A DNA stretch of 64,000 bases from a virus. Positions 59,901-64,000 of the stretch are shown here, piece after piece. The notes under the pieces were generated by a model, which searched no databases, was not told where the DNA came from, and saw only the letters and a program-made list of their open reading frames with translations. The position numbers were made by a program, and so were the translations under genes. The first letter of the stretch is position 1; each line of letters opens with the position of its first letter. The stretch spans positions 1 through 64,000 of IMG/VR virus record IMGVR_UViG_3300025115_000003, one strand, 5' to 3'.

Positions 59901-62900
59901 ATTTAGTTAAATCGGGATAAATAGTATCTTCCGTAGAAGAATATACATTAGTAAAACTAATAGGTTTAAGTACTTGAATGGGTATATCTAAATCACTAAT
60001 TTTGTAATTATCTGGGTCTTTTGCAATACGCTCCATTACTTTATCATATTGCGACTTAGTAATTACATCATAAGATAATAATATTTTAAAATATTCAGTG
60101 TCTTCTAACCATTCAAATCCATCAGTAGATGTAATATTTTTATATCCTCTTTTTTTAAGTTCTTCAATAGTAGAATTATAATCAGGATCATTAACTACAA
60201 TCCTATTATATTGACCACTTAAATTACCTACTGCATAAGGAGTTAATGCACTTTTTAATCTCTTTTGCATAGCTTCAGCAGTAGCACTATAATCAATAAT
60301 TTCTCCTTGAGCTTTAGTAAAATGAGCAGGATCATTAACTGTAAGTAAATGTTGATCTATATTAAAGAAATAATTATTTAAAGCAAAATCTGCAATGGCA
60401 TATTTATACAATCTATTACCAAAATAAGATGTAGCTTTAGTAACTTTTGCTAAATATCTATTGTCCATATACTTAGACCGCAAATAACCATTTTGTACAG
60501 TTATTGTACCAGAGTTAATAAAATCTAATTCGGTAGAAGTTACTAGTTGAGTTAAATGTCTCCTTAATAATTTTTTAATTACATTAATTGTATCTCTATT
60601 AATATTTAATACATCATTAGTATAAAGAATATCATACTCTTGTTGTGAAATAAATGAAGTACCAATACGAGGTTTAAGGTTTTGATAATCTAACCAACCA
60701 TGTAAAATAAATCTTTCTGCTCCTTTATTGTAAGTTTGAGATTTAGTAGATTGTATTTTAGACCTAAATCTTATTATCCTTTTATACTCTCCTTTTACAT
60801 AGTTAAAAGCATAATCTATCAATTCAGGACTTAATTCTAACTCACCTGATTCATTAATCTTTATTCCAGTAACAAGGTTATTAATAGCTTTAGGTCTGGT
60901 TATTTCAAATACAGGGGTTTGTGAACTATCGCCATATGTAATACCTATCATATAAGCATTTCTATAGCCTTGATTTTGAAATAGATTTAAAGCCATAGTA
61001 TTCTGAGAAGTATTAACTGCTCCACCACGTTCTAATACAGTTGCATCAATACCTGCCATTTTAGACAAAGTGAGTGCATCAAAGTAATGTAAATTAAAGG
61101 TCAAATTTTGCCCCCTGTCGCTTTGTAGGGAACGTAAGAAAGGACTAAATTTTGAAATAGATGTTTGGAGTAGTTGATTTAATAAAGTGCTGTCAGATTG
61201 CTTAATTTGGGCTATAATAGAGGACAAACGGTTATACTTTCGTACAGTCCATATATTATCATTATTACTATTCCTTGTACTTAAAGAATATACTACAGAA
61301 TTATTTCTATAGAATTGTTTGCTTAATGGTACAATATATTGATCATATAAAGTACCTGAGAAATTAAATTTATTATCAATAAATGGCTCATTGATAACAG
61401 TAGCATCTTCTAAAGTTCTAAGTAATTCTCCAAGAAAACTTGCTATAGTATTATTTTTGTAATAGGGATATAATATATTAGCATTCCAAACACTATTACT
61501 TGATTTATTTTGAATCTGTGCTTTTTTAGAATCAATAAAAGTTTTAAAACTATCTAAATCTATATTAAGTCCAAGTTTAGACAAAGAACCTAATATTTTA
61601 TTTAAGTATTCATCTGAAGTAAAAGCTGTTTTAGGTCGTTTAGCCTTATCTTGTAAATCATACAACTCCTTTTGCTCTTTATAGTAAGTTCTAAATTCAG
61701 TAGCTACTTCTTCTACTAAGGCAGAATTAATAGAAGGAATATCAATTCCATCTACAGTAGTATAATTAATTAAGTTAGAACTTTTGATTCCTTCAACCCA
61801 TTGAGCAATTACTCCTTTGTATCCATTAGTAGCTGATAATTCAGAATTAACATATCTATAACCTACAAGTTCTTCATCGTAATATACTGGATATCTTAAA
61901 GTTTTAATTGAATCATTTCTTGACTGAATAATATTATTTACAAATAAAGTTTTAAATGATGTAGCTGAATCAGTAGATTTAAGAGATTTTAATTTATTTA
62001 TAACATTTAAATATACAGGTTTAACTTTTGCTCTATCTTCTAATATAGCTATGGCTTCATCTAAATTAGTAGCTTGACCTGCTATATCTATAAGTAAATG
62101 ATCATATAAATAATCTATATCAGCAGGAACTTTAAATCCTAAACTATTTCTTTTACTTACTACTTTACCATCTTCATTAAAATCTAATTGATTAACTGTA
62201 GATAACATTAATCTAAATTTACCACTATGTAAACGAGGATCAATAGTTGCTTCTAAGTGAGGAGAATATTTAATTCTTTCATACATATTATCTTCTTCAC
62301 CAGCAATTAAATCTTCTTCATTTACCATACCTCTATCTTTAGCTAAATCATAAAGATATTTAACTACTCTATCGTAGTTAGGTAATATTCTATTAAATGC
62401 ATCTATTGAAGAATCTAATCTTTCTTGAGTATTAATACCCAATAAGGCTAAATAAGGCTCTTGTTTTTCAGTTAGATTATTAATATCTGCTTCTTTAATA
62501 ATATCAAATACTTCTTCTAATAAAGTTCTTATTGATTCAATAGATTTAGATAAATTGTTATTATCTACGTTTGCATCTTTATTTAATATATTATCTATAA
62601 CTCTACCGAATAAATAATTAACTACATCTTCTTGTTCAGATAAACTATTAAATACATCAGTAAGATAATTTTGCTGAATAATTCCAAATTCAGTTGAGTC
62701 ATAATTAACTTCTCCTGGAGTAAATGCTATAGAATAACTTGAATCATCTTCATCAAATAAAGGTTTATGAGTATCTTCTACCTCTTTTGTATCTATAACT
62801 TCAACTACGGTATCAGAAACTTCATATTCTCCAAAATAATCTTCAAGGACACCTGGTGTTTCTAATCCATCTATTCTAAATTGAGTTTCAAATTGAGCCA

Positions 62901-64000
62901 AAGGAATACGAGAAGATTCATATTTAAGTGTACCATTAATAGTAGTAGTCAATACATCTTTAATAAAATCATTGTATCTTGGATAACTATAGGCTTTAGT
63001 TAATCTTTTTCCAGCTGAATCATAAACAGGTAAATTAAATTCACCTGATGTATTAATCTTATCTAATTTAACAGAAAGTGGAGTAAAAGATAAAGTTTTA
63101 GTTAATGCCTCTATATACTCATCCAAAGATATTTCAACTGGAGCATTAGAACCAGATACAGTTTTAGTAAATTTAACTTTAGTTTTTGAAGGATAGTAGT
63201 TATAATAAGTTTCATCAGCTGCTACTCCAAATACTAAATTACCGTATTTATCTTTACCAAAGAAACCTTTCTTTCCATCTTTTTTATCTAAGTATATTCT
63301 TTCTCTTACATTTACAAATTGGTCAAAAAATTCAACTAAATTATTATCTATATCTCTAAGAAAACTTTGATTTTCTAAAGTAGGATTAAGAAACGCTCTT
63401 GTAACATTAATAATAGATTTAGCTATTTGAGCAGCCTTTAGATTTGTTTTACTATTTATATCTAAGGATGAACTATAAATAGGAACAAATTTATCTTCTC
63501 CTCTAAATTTAAATAAAGCTAATAGTAAACCATTTGGTATTTCAGGCATAGTTTCTCTTTCAAGAAATGTATTAACACCTGTCATAATAGAACCTGACTT
63601 AACAATACCAAAAGTATTAATATCAGGCATAGCATCTTTTACATGTTTACGTTCAATAACAGGTCTATTTCTGCTATCTAATACTACTTTTCCTTTTTCA
63701 TATCTTACATTCGATTGAGTCCAACCACCTTCAACTCCAGTTAATTTACCATATACTTCTTTACCTTCTGTTAACATATTATAAATATGTTTACGTATAG
63801 CTTTAGTATTTTTTATTTGATGGGGTAAATTAGGTATAGTCACACCTCCACCTATTGAAACATCTGGAGCAACATTGTTTATTATCCAATCTAAATTATG
63901 AATCCATGTATCTGTATCAATCCACTTTCCATCTTTTTTTAATTGAATTTTAATATGCATTTTATTATTGATATAATTTTCATCTGCATCCTTTTTAATA
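53995..64000 (-). CDS. Virion RNA polymerase polyprotein (>3330 aa, 5' end outside window)
   Basis: Catalytic GSDFDIDK at 58801-58824 with upstream FRIPNQ; frame open beyond 63960 to the window edge; C-terminal HETNH zincin, DUF4326-like and SLOG-like domains. Confidence 0.88.
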   Translation of the reverse strand, partial: IKKDADENYINNKMHIKIQLKKDGKWIDTDTWIHNLDWIINNVAPDVSIGGGVTIPNLPHQIKNTKAIRKHIYNMLTEGKEVYGKLTGVEGGWTQSNVRYEKGKVVLDSRNRPVIERKHVKDAMPDINTFGIVKSGSIMTGVNTFLERETMPEIPNGLLLALFKFRGEDKFVPIYSSSLDINSKTNLKAAQIAKSIINVTRAFLNPTLENQSFLRDIDNNLVEFFDQFVNVRERIYLDKKDGKKGFFGKDKYGNLVFGVAADETYYNYYPSKTKVKFTKTVSGSNAPVEISLDEYIEALTKTLSFTPLSVKLDKINTSGEFNLPVYDSAGKRLTKAYSYPRYNDFIKDVLTTTINGTLKYESSRIPLAQFETQFRIDGLETPGVLEDYFGEYEVSDTVVEVIDTKEVEDTHKPLFDEDDSSYSIAFTPGEVNYDSTEFGIIQQNYLTDVFNSLSEQEDVVNYLFGRVIDNILNKDANVDNNNLSKSIESIRTLLEEVFDIIKEADINNLTEKQEPYLALLGINTQERLDSSIDAFNRILPNYDRVVKYLYDLAKDRGMVNEEDLIAGEEDNMYERIKYSPHLEATIDPRLHSGKFRLMLSTVNQLDFNEDGKVVSKRNSLGFKVPADIDYLYDHLLIDIAGQATNLDEAIAILEDRAKVKPVYLNVINKLKSLKSTDSATSFKTLFVNNIIQSRNDSIKTLRYPVYYDEELVGYRYVNSELSATNGYKGVIAQWVEGIKSSNLINYTTVDGIDIPSINSALVEEVATEFRTYYKEQKELYDLQDKAKRPKTAFTSDEYLNKILGSLSKLGLNIDLDSFKTFIDSKKAQIQNKSSNSVWNANILYPYYKNNTIASFLGELLRTLEDATVINEPFIDNKFNFSGTLYDQYIVPLSKQFYRNNSVVYSLSTRNSNNDNIWTVRKYNRLSSIIAQIKQSDSTLLNQLLQTSISKFSPFLRSLQSDRGQNLTFNLHYFDALTLSKMAGIDATVLERGGAVNTSQNTMALNLFQNQGYRNAYMIGITYGDSSQTPVFEITRPKAINNLVTGIKINESGELELSPELIDYAFNYVKGEYKRIIRFRSKIQSTKSQTYNKGAERFILHGWLDYQNLKPRIGTSFISQQEYDILYTNDVLNINRDTINVIKKLLRRHLTQLVTSTELDFINSGTITVQNGYLRSKYMDNRYLAKVTKATSYFGNRLYKYAIADFALNNYFFNIDQHLLTVNDPAHFTKAQGEIIDYSATAEAMQKRLKSALTPYAVGNLSGQYNRIVVNDPDYNSTIEELKKRGYKNITSTDGFEWLEDTEYFKILLSYDVITKSQYDKVMERIAKDPDNYKISDLDIPIQVLKPISFTNVYSSTEDTIYPDLTKSSYFGLLPQVVKGSPKLVAIRQFMKDNNIQRLSYSSAVKVKDNAVFPLYERGNINENLNNLDASDYISIHDRQFDGLNTISPHSKTKILTVTQVNRGLFSGLRRVEGFEYNGNTYTGEELELEKEWIRKRLFDLGIESLQEKLGITIDKFTDEFIFTDLNKIKNILLEEANSRQWETESIKALKLDQESKTFVLPFIYNSELHRIESLLYSIINKQLVKHKIPGNSWVQIPGIDFQPVDIQTDINNYTESIIPVAGVDLSKGLSFVKKDGKVVKPAQIIVTWNFKDNYGKDLDIGMFMTTDENGKVTIDINKLPKELLEGIGFRIPNQDHGNMLPFEIVGFLPKSIKDTVIVPSEIVYQMGSDFDIDKLYSYLKEYYYNPLDRSLAIVKEDETELNDTWEKIELSIKLNVEQRDKASQELNDLVATEINKDSNTYKILSKYNKIKGEIDYISNRKPNTEEELVQIEAELDQLFIKLDNIQLQISNLKDGKIVRFSQLTERLTEQIKSLASKKWELVSIRDRKFTERNKLINNYIDIHKSVLLNPEVYDKMTTSIDFADIYEEAKDYIPVKYRDINSWIYQRDSYISQQSGADLISVYANYNTLYAIFEGKEDIRLTKENANGDIVNDDIRIFEGLKLSKLSDIGISEYDGQERTTSNNLVMLMNAVIDNANNPIAGYININEMTAGASILLSILKDSDNNALNITQILAYINQPVIKHIVGQAFSLKNDSPRLTNHKAKQLAIAAVKDRYVDLLKQIPIPEDIQKKTTFTVDELKANREWKDDYNYITQQLVILDSFAKIENYFEELDKIRKVTLTLSKEGLGKNYSGIIYQDMLSSSMQDYNYINPNFKNINSIFFNTKREGKDGKDYGLYTEYGHYIFNSIRLGRATSSVLGFDSYVVESVMANLKSFYESDILSQDKFNKVLTFIRQYAYSGNSNLYDEPVNRLRVRLMYNKNNKSLVDRITELLQNPKYKNNAFLNTLRLNKSVQYPFFDTINHNFGSKLGLDRRTIVNSLNNLLLDEDANVRKVAQDIVKYTFVLGQPVNANYRNDISFEYLESIGFFDVLRTTELDPNHIFKAYIQHNPDQTPDIKLNKIDPKLKIVDSFGTVTDFTYSTTNIPPLFFHTTSTETITSNNISKEYTVTHLYQLQAGVINGKDSNFYKYKKIPVLGGFNIDGLNFVEANAISPDSLSIIGLNNMGVKANQPQVIKTETEEKPNKQQSFVNLFLEKPTLKAALDKVKSNNRVNAHNRQLATIYSRVLERRDIDVPITIDNDMNVKGRFNSKGIQINLAKHSTGKMSIDDKIMTLLHETNHAILRKTLVNWDIDRKLNSAEENVLVTRIDNIRKWIISELKASDRYFDRNLKAAENYLSTIHKIEKGEDVILPKLTATQFQYINLLSNTEFVAKALEGGTFSEILNNIIRKEGSILDEIKEIAKEIVRRVLAVFNIKVNPNSALEATISAAFDLILVNLEPKVNTESKFENTQEGNTPKSEAEEIYSKLGNKTVSKNVRIENWSSLKDQTSPFTNAYGIIVHIISTRIKNSNKHFGNPFSHDPAGKTQGLIKTENIKEAVEKYIDWVINSQDTRAEWIREKLKSGELKDKSILYYKELGEPSHATALDYLINKYDWNNQQDTKDIDFQEDQSTGYKERTVKNASADATIAFAYNFNSAGEKLTKKSVLEQNKKYIALNVPKKTETSNIETANFKTQVKTIVDALNSVNAKTLNIAGNGIYTMKDAGWNQEEIDLMTYKILKEVIESPDLKNKIENIRTGGQTGFDEAGAKAGMRLGIPTTILAPKGWTFRNIEGKDISNEQQFKDRFVTKSQSSSTQSSQLDLFSEFNIDDSNQLNLFSNNIPRNHKYRPVPFLIAYRYYQEYKLLNNEGKLKKIPYKNAVNWASILNQGNKYKFKFGVRPVQNGLFNVVLLNTDPNSVDNLYTDDGNIVSDFGITQSMWNEMSTAEKETFLKCN

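Noticed and set aside
11699-63960. Inteins or self-splicing introns in TerL, PolB, helicases or RNAP
   Set aside because: Genes are uninterrupted, of expected size, and I saw no splice-junction or homing endonuclease motifs.
1-64000. Genome-wide stop-codon reassignment (code 15 or 4) as in some crAss-like phages
   Set aside because: Late genes, including 2518- and >3330-codon ORFs, are intact in code 11; TGA and occasional TAG end genes at sensible junctions.

Overview
AT-rich partial genome of a crAss-like phage (Crassvirales) that most likely infects Bacteroidota, judging by TAnnTTTG host promoters. Left arm (minus strand, 1-17.6 kb) is the virion/packaging operon: fibre proteins, holin-like gene, tail ring protein, major capsid protein, portal, terminase, L,D-peptidase, nuclease, IHF-like and GroES-like genes. 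A 1-kb divergent non-coding region follows, then a plus-strand block of small early genes (18.6-26.3 kb) and a replication/nucleotide module (SF1 helicase, UDG, PolB, SF2 helicase, RecT-like, primase, ligase, Gp157, dNMP kinase, DUF932, dUTPase, DHH) to 46.1 kb. Two giant minus-strand virion proteins converge on it, one carrying the RNA polymerase DFDID motif. The standard genetic code fits. Most notable unexplained features: (1) a ~190-nt non-coding segment that folds into a gapless four-way junction, 4 nt upstream of a tRNA whose anticodon reads UUA (ochre suppressor-like), while the RNAP gene is joined in frame to the next giant gene by TAA-ATG; (2) a conserved AAACCCATAGGATA(A/G)G element at module boundaries, in two inverted pairs; (3) repeat-flanked early gene cassettes, a poly-G frameshift, and beta-clamp-binding-like motifs on the virion RNAP. 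All product calls come from motif recognition by eye, not database searches.
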